Source of the DNA: Tubiluchus corallicola
Lineage: Eukaryota > Animalia > Priapulida
DNA length: 64,000 nt
NCBI GenBank assembly: GCA_030141605.1
Contig: JAQGDQ010000118.1
Span: 372,001-436,000, forward strand
Direction of reading: 5' to 3'
The notes beneath the pieces are model-generated. The model saw only the letters and a program-made list of their open reading frames with translations, searched no databases and had not been told where the DNA came from. Below are positions 28,001 to 42,036 of this stretch, piece after piece. The first letter of the stretch is position 1, and each line of letters begins with the position of its first letter. The position numbers and the translations under genes were made by a program.

Positions 28001-29342
28001 CCAGCGTTGGGCTTTCATTCTGACCACTGTAATGTGATTGTTGATGTGTTGCTTTACATTTGTCATTAACCATGAATTGTTTTTGCATGCAAACCTGTGC
28101 CATTGTGTCAATTTGTCACTGTGGCGAAAATCTGCAGTCCCAAGTCCCAATTAGTTCGATTAAACAAATTAGGAAAGAGCACAAACGACTCTCTTTGTGT
28201 AAGGAAAGCGTTGCTTAATGATAATCGCACTGTAAACTTGTTGAAGAAGACAGAAAATCTGCTAGCAAAGCCACTTTATGCAGCCCTATTACAAGTAAAA
28301 TACACCAACCCGAGGCACTTAGGCAGAAACGCGCGTGCAGAAAAACCAACAAAATCACGTAAAAAACCTCCCTTACCCTGGAGCTACGGAGTTGCAACTC
28401 TCTAATGAATAATAAAAGGGAAACCGACATCATTGTGTAGGAAAAGTGGGGCATGCCATGTAGGCATTTTACATGCTATAATGTCCTACTCCTTTCTACG
28501 CTCCCTCCCTCGAACGATTCCTATATTCTTCCGAGTTTTTACATATCTTACATTTCTCAGTTTGCGTCGTGCTAACTAATAATCATTTAATAAATAATTT
28601 GCCCCTCCCCCTGGTTAATATTCTCTCATGAATAAACGCTAAAAATAGCTAATCGGTTATAGAAATAACGACTTGGTAGATCATCTACACCGTTGGTTAA
28701 AGTGGTGCAGAAATATAACATTGCAGGCTACTTTTGCCTGATATAGGTGTGTCAGAGTAAGAACTTTAGCGAAAAAATCTCTACCGTCAAGTTATAAATA
28801 TAATATGCTAAATGCACAATGCAGGCTAAAATGGTCACATTTCTCTATATATTGCAGAGATTTCTTTCTCACAAACGCGGGCATTACGGACACTTTTTGC
28901 TTCGCAATGTGATTATATACAACATAACACGATGGTCTTATTTTTCAAATAATTTTCATCTGATAACTATAGGCTGAAAATTGTTACACGTATGAAGGCT
29001 AGAAATGTCTTATGTGTCGTTTATACGACAATAGTCACTTTGGTCAATTGGTCAAGAACGCACCGTGGTCTGAAACCTGCCACATTGCTGAGGGAATGTC
29101 ATTTGTAAGACGTGAACAGGTATAATGTAATTTTTTCCCGTTTTTCCTCCGCGGAAGAATTACGGTTACTTTGGTGTTGTTAGTGTAAAAGCAACATACA
29201 ATTCACATTTAGTTAATTGCCGCTACACTTACCCATAAATTATTGGGTCGGTGTTGCATAAAATGAAAAAGAAACAACCTGCTTGTTTAAGCTTTTACAG
29301 ACTGTTTGATGAAGTTATTCTCGCGCACTTATATTTGTAGTT

Positions 29343-29435
29343 AGTGTATGTGTATGCTATGTGTATGTGTAATGTATATGTATGTGTGAATGTACGTGTA
29401 TGTGTGAGTGTTGTGTATCTGTGAATGTATATGTG
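29343..29435. repeat. degenerate (TG/TA)n low-complexity tract
   Basis: Direct reading. Confidence 0.75.
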
Positions 29436-31714
29436 CAATTGTATAATTTCAAGGATAATAAACTATAAAGGATAAAGGATGTAACCCCAAAAGAAAAATT
29501 AGATTTGATTTGATTAATCGTTTATTCTAAACATAAAGTTCATATTCAAAATACAGTTGCAAGGAATTAATAAAACTGAAAAAACACATTTTTTAAATTA
29601 AATGTCAGGCTGCTACTTTGCCTAACGTTGTTGGAATAGCGAAAACCAATCAGCTTTTGGTTTTTCATTTATATATTAGCAGTTACTTCTGTTTAGTGTC
29701 TTAATGAGTGTACAGTGGGCCCTTCTCCGCATACCCTCCAAAAATGCCACTGCCGCAACTATTAGCCAAATTTTTACTTCAATCCATTAAGTTATTTCGA
29801 AAAAAGTCAAAATTATTGCCTTATCAAATTCTGGCATAACCTTGAACGTTAACTGGGAGTTCTGTAATCGTGTCAAAAACCAACGATAATGCCAGAAGAA
29901 CAAACAAAACCTGAGGAACTTTAAACCAATAGAACAATGGGCCGAACCATCAGTCCCACTACTGACCAAAGTGCATTCTTACGGATCGAAAGAATGGACA
30001 GGGAGAGTCGAAAGGACAAGGAAATTAGTGACCAAAGGGCCGACCAAAAGTCAAGTGGCCAGCCAAACTAAGAACATTCAGGAAAACTACTTTCACCATT
30101 TATATAAACGTCGCTGCTACAACCATTAAATTCTCGCATATATACAAAACGAAATTAAGGGCACCATTACTGGTATAACCACATTTGTAATACAGCTAAA
30201 ACTATTTCAGACTTCGGCGGTTTTAAAAATTACGAATTTTCAATTATAATGCACATGAACAATTCTGGAAAACCACTAGGGAGTTTCGATAATAGACCTG
30301 TCACCAAAGTGCCAGTTTTCATAAGTTTACCCCAGCATATACAGCTTACATGCAGACGATACTAAATTATAATGCATTCAGATTCGATGAATACTAAAAG
30401 AAAGCTGAAAATAATACATGAAAATACGGCGCATAATTATGTTAACCGAATTTTATGCAAATATTTAAAAAAAATTTCGAACGTATATTAAAAACGTCTA
30501 TACCTTTTTCATTCAATCAAAAAGATATAAGCGTAATCATAAAAAAGTTAATAGGTGTGCTAGTTTTACAATTTTGCGTGTGCATATGTATTTAGCGTAG
30601 GCCTAATTTTATACAAATCATAAACAGATGATTGTTTTTTTATAATTTTGATTACAACACTTTATAGCAATTGCGTCCTAAGTATTTAAACTAAGCAAAT
30701 GTAGTAAGTGCCATTTTAAAAACAGCAAACGTGGTATCATTCTATGCAACGAATAGTATAGTATAATAATTATATAGACTGCCTTTGAGTGGTACACAGG
30801 TTTTATAGCACCTGCGCGGTTGCAACCTGGATTTTGACTGCAGCTACTTGACTATACCTACGCTTGTGCAGCACCAAGTAGCTAAGCTACTTCACTCACT
30901 AGACAATGGCGCATTTTAACCAATAATGCGCCTGAATTACAGTTACACCCAACCAGCGGCACCAACGCAATTAATCCACATGAATAACAATTAAGCAGTC
31001 AAAAACGGCTTGTAATAGAAGTCTACAATTATACTGCAAAATTATGTCTAGTATTTTGGCCACTCAAACGTCTTAATCCATCTATGTAATTCCTTCCATC
31101 TCAATTCTTCAATTGTCACTAAAGTCATCTCCAGTTCGGTTTAAATATAGGCCTCTGAACGTGTTTTTCAGTTTCAATTGTAGCGAATAATTAATAACGG
31201 AAGATCATTTTGCTCTAATTAGACACACAGAATTCATCAACGTACGTGAGGAAATATTAAAAATTTTAACGAGATTCCTCTTGTTACTGAAGCCAGTTAG
31301 TGAATGTGTTATGTGCATTCTTGATAATCGTTTTTGATTATTATATAACTAAATAACTCAGTATTAGGTTTTGTACGTGCGTTGCTGCTCTATATCATAC
31401 TTCATTTAATACAGAGCATATTATTATATAGAGCATTATTATAGAGAGCATATATTATACTTCATGCGGCAGCATGACATTAACTAAGGTATGACACTAA
31501 TCCAACCATATTATGTGCAAATCACAAACAAATTTAAATTTTGGCATTTCACTAGTGGCGTGTTTTGTAACTATGCAGATATTATAAAATCAATTAACAG
31601 GTCTGTAAAGGCGAAAACATAAATGATAGTGGAATCATAATTTATAAGTCGCAATAAGTTTTCCTGTTTTAGACTAAATTATGAAAGTAGAGCAACTAGA
31701 GCAAGAGAAGTTAA

Positions 31715-31968
31715 AAAGAAAGTAAAAAGAAAATGAAAAGAAAACTAATGGAGAAGAAGAAAAATAAGAAAAAGAAAAAAGAAGACAAGAAGAGAAGAGA
31801 AGAGAAGAGAAGAGAAGAGAAGAGAAGAGAAGAGAAGAGAAGAGAAGAGAAGAGAAGAGAAGAGAAGAGAAGAGAAGAGAAGAGAAGAGAAGAGAAGAGA
31901 AGAGAAGAGAAGAGAAGAAAACAAAAGAAACGAAAAGGAAAGGAAAGAAAAGGAAAATGAAAAGAAAA
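31715..31968. repeat. (AGAAG)n polypurine microsatellite
   Basis: Direct reading. Confidence 0.98.
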
Positions 31969-33244
31969 GTTTCTTGCTGATAATGATGTTCTGAACCTTT
32001 GTAGTAATCAGAATGACCATGTGATCTTTCTGGTCACATTAATGAGCTCTTACAATAGCTATATTATTAAGTTTTTTGTCACTGCATAATAAGTTATTAT
32101 ACGTCAGTCCTTAGCATGCCGCAGCCAAGTAATTTGTAAACTCTGTATCAGATCGCATGCTCAGTTTCTGTGTCATATAGCAGTAGTTGCTAGAAGCGCG
32201 GCTCTTACTAACCGCAATTAATCTATCTGCTTCAGATAATTACTAGAAATCCAAGCGTGTACTTAGCCTCCAAGGAAATGAATTCACTCAGTGACATATT
32301 AATTTGACAGGGAAAAACAACATGTGCTGATCATTTTCGCAAACGCGGTGCTTCTAGGATAAGCACATTACGTGAAGACGAAGCCAACAGGAAATTGTGA
32401 GAAAACTCGCCAGTTGTTTTTCTGTAAAATGAAGACGAGCTTGAAGGACGTAGGAAGTAGGAACATGCAGGCTGAAATAAACAATAACTAAACGTTTAGA
32501 ACAGCAGTCTCCATGTTAATACACATATGAAACGTTATCTGGTAGAACGATTAAATTTTATTAAAGTTAACTTGAGTTTTCTAATCATAATTTCATGCAG
32601 TTTCATTTTGGTGTTGATAAGGACAAGAATTATAGACAATTTCAACAAGGCTATTCCATTCCAATGCAGCTTGTCATAACAATTACTTTCCCTTAATTTT
32701 GCTCAAAGAAGAGCTCTGTACCGGGCTGAAAATTTTAATGTAAATTGATTTCCAATTGAACTTAAGAATAAGGGAACAGTAGGTGACGTTTTCATTTTTG
32801 GTTTTTCGTGACCTGTTCTTAATTTTTTTCGGTATACTACAAGGTGTATCAAAATGCAATACACGTGCTATTTTAAAGAAGTTCTTCACCTATGATGCTT
32901 CTTGTTAGATATGTGATAATTATAAATAAATTATAATGTATAATGAAATCGCATTTCCTTACTATAGAATAATATAAATTTTATAATATCAAATTATTTC
33001 GCTCAGAAACAAAATTATTGCAACTGCACTAAAGGTTTTTAGACTTTTGACTTAGTGTTATTTAAATCCCATTTCCATGTATCGAAATAAACTTTAAATA
33101 AAAATAAATGAATGAAAAATTTATTTAAGCAGTCTCTATCCTTTCACGCGCGCATACTGCTACTAAAAATTTCACAGGGCTTAATACGATTTAAAGGAAA
33201 GATAGATATTCATTCTGATATATGGCCAACAGGGCCGATCAAAG

Positions 33245-33720
33245 TTACAAATACAAATACGCAATTACATCATATTATACATTTGCGAAGAAATTTTGCC
33301 AAGCCACATTGAACTGTTTTATGCTGTGATTGCATAAGATATGTTAGTGCATCATTATCAGTTAAATTACAAAACTCAGGAATACATTGGGTTATAGTAT
33401 TTAACAAAAAATTACGTGCAACACTCTGTTTCTCACAGTAAAACAAAAAGTTGTATTCATCCTCTACTATCTTACATATTTCACACAATTTTCTCTTGGT
33501 ACGAGGTGGTCTTTCGGATCGCCCAGTTTCTGTTAGAAGGGTTTGCTCCGAGTTTGGTCAGAGCTATCCCGTCCTTCCTATTTTTGACATTTTCCAGATG
33601 TGACTCAAACTGAAAATCACGCTTAAATTAAGCTAAGAACGATCATTTGCTCATATTGAATAAAGATTCGTTCCATGAGATTATAAAAATCGTTTTTAAT
33701 CTTGTATCAGTTAGAAAAAT
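33245..33720 (-). mobile_element. 3' end of a non-LTR retrotransposon (ORF2 C-terminal zinc knuckle)
   Basis: FKRDFQFESHLENVKNRKDGIALTKL / ETGRSERPPRTKRKLCEICKIVEDEYNFLFYC matches the LTKLR...IETGR...C..C..VEDE.HFL..C terminus. It is followed by a short (GTATTT)n tail. Confidence 0.85.
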
Positions 33721-36700
33721 AATATTGAAATACAAATGAGCAGTATTACTGTCTAAGTAGGAAAGCTAAATTGATATCGGTTCACAAGGATTGTGGAAAC
33801 AGTGATTTAAAAACACCCTAAGTTCAGATTATAGTTAATTACAATTTTTTCATGTGAAATGGCGGCATGGATTTAAACTTTGGTAGTGTATATGCACCGG
33901 AACACGAAAACGGGTAGATATTTATATATACTACGTCATAGTCATCAATCGACAACCAAGTTTAGGAAGTAATGGCCTACATAAGCACGTCTTCTTTTAA
34001 ATTTGCTTGTGCTTCTGGTATGTTTTTGTTTCACACCTAACTTAACCCTTTTCTTCACAATTTTATTTTAAATTGTGAATTAAGTAAATTATTGGGTTTA
34101 AATATTGCAATATTGCTAGAATCATTATTAGCATCATTTTTTTAAATATTGCTCCAAACGGGATATACATCTTTTTTCTCGGTGTTCCGTTATTAAAACT
34201 GCAATTTAAATTCGAATTAATTTACGGGACCCTAATAATACTAGACTGATGGATCGGTTTCACCAGTCATCTAGGCACCCAATTCCCTCATACGGGTATT
34301 TCATAAAAAAAAAACAACTAATTGCTTCATTGTTACGCTGCTTAATTATTACGAGTCATTTTCGAAAAACCAACACCGCCAAGCTGAGTTCGCTGACAAA
34401 GTCATGGAAAAATGGACCCGCATTGTTCACGGGCGCCACCAATATGTGCAGGTCAAACCACGATGGGTGAAAAATCAACCTTTTCGGCACCACTTTAATA
34501 TTTACCAAAAATTCAGAAGCTGAGATGAAAGGAGCCGATGTATGACCAGAATATATGCAGGGAACTACTTGGTGAAATATAGGTAGCATTCTACCTAATG
34601 TATAACATAGGCATACATGACGAAAATGTTAACATTGGCAAAAACAGCGGAAAAAACTTTAACAGGTGAATATTATAGTATTAGTGTGGCTTATTTGGTA
34701 TCTTATTACAATCAGCTTGGGATAAAGTTGCTTTATAATCCTAAGCATGGACTATAAAAATTAACAACAATACTCACTGTAGTATGCAACACGAAGGTGT
34801 CCACGAGATTTTCATATTTTAAATCAATTATTTAAACAGACTGTAACTGCGCTAAACTCCTAAAATTCAAGAATGAGAAGAGTAAAGTGGTGTAAAGTAT
34901 GTTATGTACAAGTAGTGTTTCTGAAAAAAAATTACCAAAAAATTTAACCAATCAAAATATAATTTAAGCTTGCAAATGTAATTACATCACTTTCATTATT
35001 GTAGTACTTATTTTCTATTTGGTTATCATCTTTGCCATCAACTATGCAGTATTAACATTATCCAGGCGTTTCGAGTATTTGTATTTATATTTACCTGTAT
35101 TCGGTTTTTCCTTTTATGATTTCTTCTATGTTTTATAAGCTGCATATGCGTGATTAGCACATAAACTGCTATATGCACAAAAAAATATGGAACTGCAATT
35201 GAACCAATTTGTTCCTTTCTTTTTTCACTGCCGCTATTAAACTAGACTTAATTTGCTTATCAAATTTACCATCCATTTTTTATTTTGCAAATTAAAAGCC
35301 TGAACACCCGACCTACAGTTTTAAAATAAGGTGCTTGTTAACAGTCACAAATTAGATTTGCTTGAAAGGCTGGGCACCATTATGGACCACATAACCTTAT
35401 GGGCTGTTGAGGTAACCAAAAGAACAACAGCTGGGATGAGCCATTTGGTGATGCATAAATATGAGCCATTTTCCACTTGGGGGTTCCCGCGTGAAATATG
35501 TAATTATTATGAGGAGAAACGGGACATAATTGTCTCTATGATGCACGGTGAGAATTTGCACAAATCACAAAATGTATTCGGTTTTTCCTACTAAAGTAGG
35601 TGGCGAAATCCGTTTCATAAACTACACACTATATAATAAATTTGAATACATTTTTATTATAGAGTGAGTTGTCTATGAAACGGATGTTGTTCTTGTTATA
35701 AAAAATTTGAAAACTTTACATAACAAACAAACAAAATACATCTCATTGTAAAAAATATTCCACGATTATGTAGGAAAAAAATCATGTTAGTGTAATATGC
35801 TACTAAGTGATATAAAGTAAAATAGTAATAATAATAATTATTATTTTACCAACTGAAGGTAATAAAGCAACACGGTAAGACATTTTCAATCATTAATTTC
35901 ATTGTTGTGTCTAATTATTTACAGTTAAAACTAAATTAAAATGCACAAACTGATGGAAATTTATCCTAAGATAAAGCAAAGTACACTAATATCTGATGAC
36001 TAAAAAAATTCTGTTCTATTCTATTCTAGACACTAAAAATTATAACATAAAAAATAAATGTGTCTACTTTTATTACAAAAAAACAGATCAAGTCAGCCCG
36101 ATGATTCCCTTAGATCCGCTGTTTGTGGATAAATACATACAAACGTATGGGTCTACATAGCACAAAACATCCTACAGTAACACGTTGCCTATATATATAT
36201 AAAGTTTTTCCTTTTTTCCTTTTTCCTTAAAGTTTATATATATATATATATATATATATAAATTGAAAACAATACAAATAAAATTATAGACAAAAATTTG
36301 GCTTTCTGTTCTGTCAGTCGAGTGGCACTTTTGTGCTTCCTACCCTTTACGTACTTTTCACTCCGTAGATTTCAAGCTTTGCCATATTATATCTGACGCT
36401 CGGCTTCAATAAACAATAACAATAACAAAACAGAGAAACAAGAACCGAGCGGCGACGACAATGTCCACAACCATTGTAACAAAAATACAGGTTTCAGTAA
36501 GTTACAGGTAGAGCTACACGTCACTGTAGGGATGGTGAGTAACCCGTTGGGCGTAAAAACTCTTGTATTCCGTGAACGAATCGAGTCAGTATATCACTAG
36601 TAGAAGCAAAAATTGTTCGTGACAGGAGTAATTACCCACGCCGTCATTGTTTTATTATGCACCCGGCTCACTGCCATTCAAAAAGGGCGAATCTACGATC

Positions 36701-39700
36701 TCTAATGTAGTCTTAATGAAACGTCATTGCACCACCAGCAGCAACGGTTAAATGTTTTGTGGCTCCCCACCACTGATGGAATTTATAGGACTCGTTAAAA
36801 TACAATTTATTCGCATTTGTCTTAATTTCCAACCAAAACTGAACATGATCTTTCAGTGACTGTTACCTCGCAAAGGGCACCCTTTGATCGCGTTCTGTTA
36901 TTTTTCGTACATAATGACTCCCGGCTTTGATCAACTACGGCGCCGAATCGGGATGACAGCTTTACAGAGAGGGCCGTCAGTTCTGGCGAGCTAGGTGGGG
37001 TAATTACCAAGCTATATTGAGTTACCGGCAAAAAGGGCACAAAACAACAAGGAAACAAGATGGAAGAAAGTCAGAATTCATTGCGACTTTGATTCAGAAC
37101 AACAGTTATTTTATTTGTTTGGCTATTTACTTTCAGAGTATCACGTACGCTAAATATTTAATTGGTAGTTACGCCGATTAAATTACCGAGTTTACCGTCC
37201 AGTAATCAGCTTTTAAAGATTAAGTTCATTAATTAATTTAAAGTGTTTAAACTTTATTGCGGAAATGTAAAATATCGATTTTTTTGTTTCAAAACGTTTA
37301 AACATTTTACAAACTTATGAGAATATTTCAAAAGGTTAAGAATTTCTAACTAGTGAAATTGTACGTAAATTGTAGCGCGATTTGCAATATCCCAGCAATG
37401 TCACTATGTTTTGCTGTACACAATTAATGGAAACAAATTGCTTAGATCGCGTATCAACTATAGACCATAAACAAGCTTCAAGTGATTCTAATAAGAATAT
37501 CATGATCATGTACACAGATAATTAATGTGAATTTTCAGTTTTCTGATTAGTAAAAACTTTTGAAAGCTTTTATGTTGAGACCTTTTTGAGGCAATAACTT
37601 AGGCCTGAAGTTTTATTTGATTTTGCATTTAATTATTTTTAACAATGCAAAAAATATTAGCATCTCGGTGGAGTCCAGATTCTAATTTATAATTTTAAGA
37701 TATTTGTTTATTTTTTGATGTTATAAGTTCAATTTATCGTTTTCTGTGTTTCATGTATCGCTTGCAGCCTATCTTTTTCAATTGCTAATATAAATGCACT
37801 TATAAAAGTACACATGCAGTAAGTGCCGGGACTACCAACGCACTGGTGCACAGAATAATTTTTACAGAATTCGCACCAATTACGAGCCATAAATTTTATA
37901 TGACAATCAAAATTTATATCATTACTGATTATGATGTTAGTACACCACGTTTTAAAAACCCAATCAGTCATGATGCACCATCTAGCGGCGGGAAACACCT
38001 GCACTCCTGATAACTCCGATCGGACTGTGCCACGATAGAATGATTGTAATCTGTTATTCCTTACCAATGAGTTTAAAACTGTCAAATATAAACAATTTTA
38101 AGAAAACACTTCAAGCGCTCTAATTTCAACAGAATTTATGTACAACTTAATTAATGGCGACTAGTAATTACTGTAACAATTTAAGTTTGCGGCACAATAG
38201 AAAAATTGTTTAGTACATTACTGATACAGGCGTATGCCTAATTGTGTTGGGCTAATACAAAATGCGGAAAATGCATTATGAAAATGTAATTTTAATGTGC
38301 CGCTTAAGTGCTTTTTATATAATATGTATAAATTGGCCTTTTTTATTAAAAATGCCGTGGTTTTTTATTGTTACTTCAAATTGTAGGTTTAGCAAAATCA
38401 ATTTTTTATTTTAAATATGTGCAAGACGATCATAATTAATTTATATAATTTTATTGTGGTGCGTAGTTATAAACAATAAGTTATTTGATATGTTCTAAAT
38501 TAGTCAATATAGAGAACATTCGCTGGTCTAAATCAAACTAGACTAGTCCGTGGCGCTACCTAGAAGCAGAAAAGTTAATAGCATAGTCACGCTAAGATTG
38601 TTCCACTAGTTAGTTGGTACGTTAACTTATTCTAAAGTAACTTAATCAGGAACAGAGTAACTTAAAATTAACAATAATGGAAGGTGTTCTCAGGACATCT
38701 CGTCATCGATTCCCGAACACTGGAGGTGTGGTAGAAATACTTCATTTGTGGATACTTGTCATTTTTGTTCCTAAATGCAGAACGGTTGTTTATTAATTTA
38801 TATGTTTCCCTTATGCCTTTTATCTGTGAAATTTCTTACCATAAAGTTGTTTCGCTGTTTTAACAAAAACTTTCAAGAATAACAGGTAATTCCTATCACG
38901 GAATTTCTATAAAGAATTATTTTTCTGAAACTGCATTGATATTTCTATCTTTTTTGCTGTGATTCCAAGGAGCCACTGGTTTGCTTGGGTAATTTGTCAT
39001 AAAAAGCTATAGAAGACAATAAATATTATGATTACAAAACGTTCCATTCGGTCATAAAATATGTTAATTAATTGCACAAATTATAGGTATTTAATAAATA
39101 TTGACACAATGAATCTGTCAAAGACGTTGTTGTGATAGCACAAGCATTATTAGATTAAATTCAACTAAAACGGTCAAGAGATGATTCTTTTTAACTTTAA
39201 CTTTGGCATTTGATAGCTTTTTGTGTAATGTCAAATTTTAATTTTCTATTGATCACAAGAGACACATCCAAAATGTTTTAAAAGCAAAGGCACCAGTTCA
39301 TTGTAACTTTTTCAAAACTGAAAGCAAAACTCATAAAATCAAATAAAGCATCCACTCTGCATAAATGTAAACTTCTGTTTAAGTGCGATAACGATTTGTT
39401 TTGTAACTACAGAGCTCTAACATGCAAGTATCATGTAAAGTATGATAAAGAATGAAAAAAATAACAGAATATTTCAAGTTCAATAAAATATATGCCAGTT
39501 TTATATTATACACACCCATTTACAAACTGCGCCAAGACAAAATGAGTATAACTGGTTTCTAACACATACACATACAATAAACTGTACAAGAGCAGTAATT
39601 TCAAAGATGGCACAGTTACACCTCTGAATAACTAGGAGATTAATAATATTTATTGTAGTGTGTTATGAACAACTTGTGTAATCAGTGCAGCCAGTTAAAA

Positions 39701-41069
39701 AAATTACTTCCATATCAGGTATCTTCATAACAAAACCATGATTCATTGTGTGATTATTTACATCTTATATCAAGAGTTGATCTTAAACGAAATCTGTTCA
39801 ATATGCCTACTTTCAAGTAGATATACATGTAGAGTCAATTAAAAAATGTTATACACTCATGCCGTAGTTCTGTACACAAACTTACAATTTTCTGTACATA
39901 GTTGCACATACGCTTATAAAGAAGACACAGAAATGTCCTATTAGTGAACACACTTATATTAATGTTAAGTAGCTAAGATGGATTGATGAAACTTTAAAAG
40001 TAACAAAAATCAATAAAAGGGAGATGTAAAGGCTGCATTTCATTTTTTAAATGTAGAAGCAACAGGTGTTTTTCAAATTCATTTTGAGAAGTTTATCTTT
40101 ACCTTTTAACAACAGTACATAGTTTACCAAAACAGCAGTACATTTTAGAGGAAAACAGTTCAATTGGAAAAAAATTAGTCAATCCTCTAGAGCCCATTTG
40201 TAGCAAATATAATTTCTAACAGAAAAAATACAACCTGTTTATACAGAATGTTCTTTATATGTAGAAATGAAACTGTGGGTCACAAGCTAATACTTTCTCT
40301 TAAAAACTTGCAATTAAACTGATAGACGTAAATGCTGCACAGAAGAAACTCGGAATCGCATAACAAAAACAAAATCAATCCGTAACTGCATGATAACAAA
40401 AACAATGCATTTAAATAGTCGTATATAAAGAACAAAACAATAAAAAACTGCCAGCATTATCAAATGCTGCTACAAATGTGCCACCTGTCAAATGCAACAA
40501 ATAGCTCGAGTTGAACACATCAGCATGTTATGTTAGTGCAAATGGAAAAGTACGGTAATCATAAACGCGGTACCCATCTAAATGATGTGTTTACTGATAA
40601 GAATATCTACAACTCCTCTAGGACAATTTCGTAACTAAAAAAACAGTTTTTGTACAACAAGCGCACACATGGATCATAAAATAAATTTAATTTTCATGGA
40701 ATAACAAAACTCTACTCAGGATGAGTAATTAAAATTTACTGGTATAAATATTGTGTAGCTTGTTATGTGAGGAAGCTTTTCTTTCTGTGCTGCAACTCAT
40801 TTTACACAGTAGCAAATGTACAGAGAGCCCTGCTAGGCAACTATTCAGCTGGAAACAAAAAGACAAATACAACTACATATGGTAGCACGTTAGACTAAGA
40901 GCAGTGGGAATTCAAGGTTGCAAGATTCCCCAGAATCAAAAGAAAGATTCTTCATTTCAACTTGCTGGAATTTCACAGCGCAAAGGAAAATTAAAATTAC
41001 ATAAAAAATAGCACTTCACTGACAAGTTCTTTCTTGCTTTTACGTTTACTGGGTGAATAAATAACTTTA

Positions 41070-41151
41070 TTAGTCTCTCAGTATCATTTTGTTAGTCTTT
41101 CAGTATCATTTTGTTAGTCTTTCAATATCATTTATTAGTTTTTCAGTATCA
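41070..41151. repeat. 22-bp minisatellite, about 3.7 copies
   Basis: Unit TTAGTCTTTCAGTATCATTTTG, head-to-tail with no spacers. Confidence 0.92.
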
Positions 41152-41866
41152 CAATACCGCTCAAACCAAAGTTAATTACAGGTTCAAGTATTATTAAGGA
41201 TAGAATCAACTAAAAAACTGATGAAAAGTAAAATTATGTTTTTTATCGAGGCCCATTTTTCAACTATTTACCTAACATTTTGGACATTTGTTTAGTACTG
41301 CGGATAGTAAAAATATGAGCCTTGGACTATAGAGAAGTAGGACCTTTAATCAGTCATTCTTAAGTACCATATCCTAAACCATTCCTAATGGGCCTCCATC
41401 TCATATTTACTTTTAACTAACAAATGAAACCGATGATAAAATAATACTATAATCCAAATCCATCATTTTTAACTCCTGAACCAAATTCGTTAAGAAGAGA
41501 TCAAAGGAGAGGATCAACTATCCTTATAATTTACGCATCAGAAATGCAACCCCGGAATTCACAGCAATAGTGTATCGAGTACTACATACTGTAAAGAACA
41601 TTTTTTAGATCTTTACACCACTCATGTCAAGTCCATTTAATTCTTATTTTCACTGATTTCACGGATCTTTTAATGATGACTAATGACACGCAAGTTACCA
41701 GGTACATACTTTTTTTAAGTATACATTCTTAGACTAAAACAAGCTACCCCTATTAAACCACAAGACAGGAAAAGCTACCTATTAGTATGTTAAATTGAAA
41801 GGAAGGATTAAATCTAATTATTAAAGTTTGTTCTAAAAATGGAAGTAAATTTTCTTAACTTACCTC

Positions 41867-42036
41867 CTAGCTATGACTGCCTTCACTTTCTTTTCGCTTT
41901 CTCTCCTCGTACTCGCGTTCGTCACGAGGCTTTGCTCCGCCAAATATATCAGACTTTGTTGTCGATGCAGGAGCATTCAATGGCTCTTTCACGGTACGTG
42001 GCAATAATTTTAACTTTGGTCGATTAGCTGCTTCTT
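41867..42036 (-). CDS. EIF4H: EIF4H last coding exon
   Basis: ttcag|[56 protein letters not shown]. Confidence 0.95.

Noticed and set aside
28097-28405. 102-aa non-repetitive ORF
   Set aside because: Non-ATG start, no recognisable domain and no exon structure.
41070-41151. Regularly spaced 22-bp repeats as a CRISPR array
   Set aside because: Head-to-tail units without spacers, eukaryotic intronic/UTR context and no cas genes.
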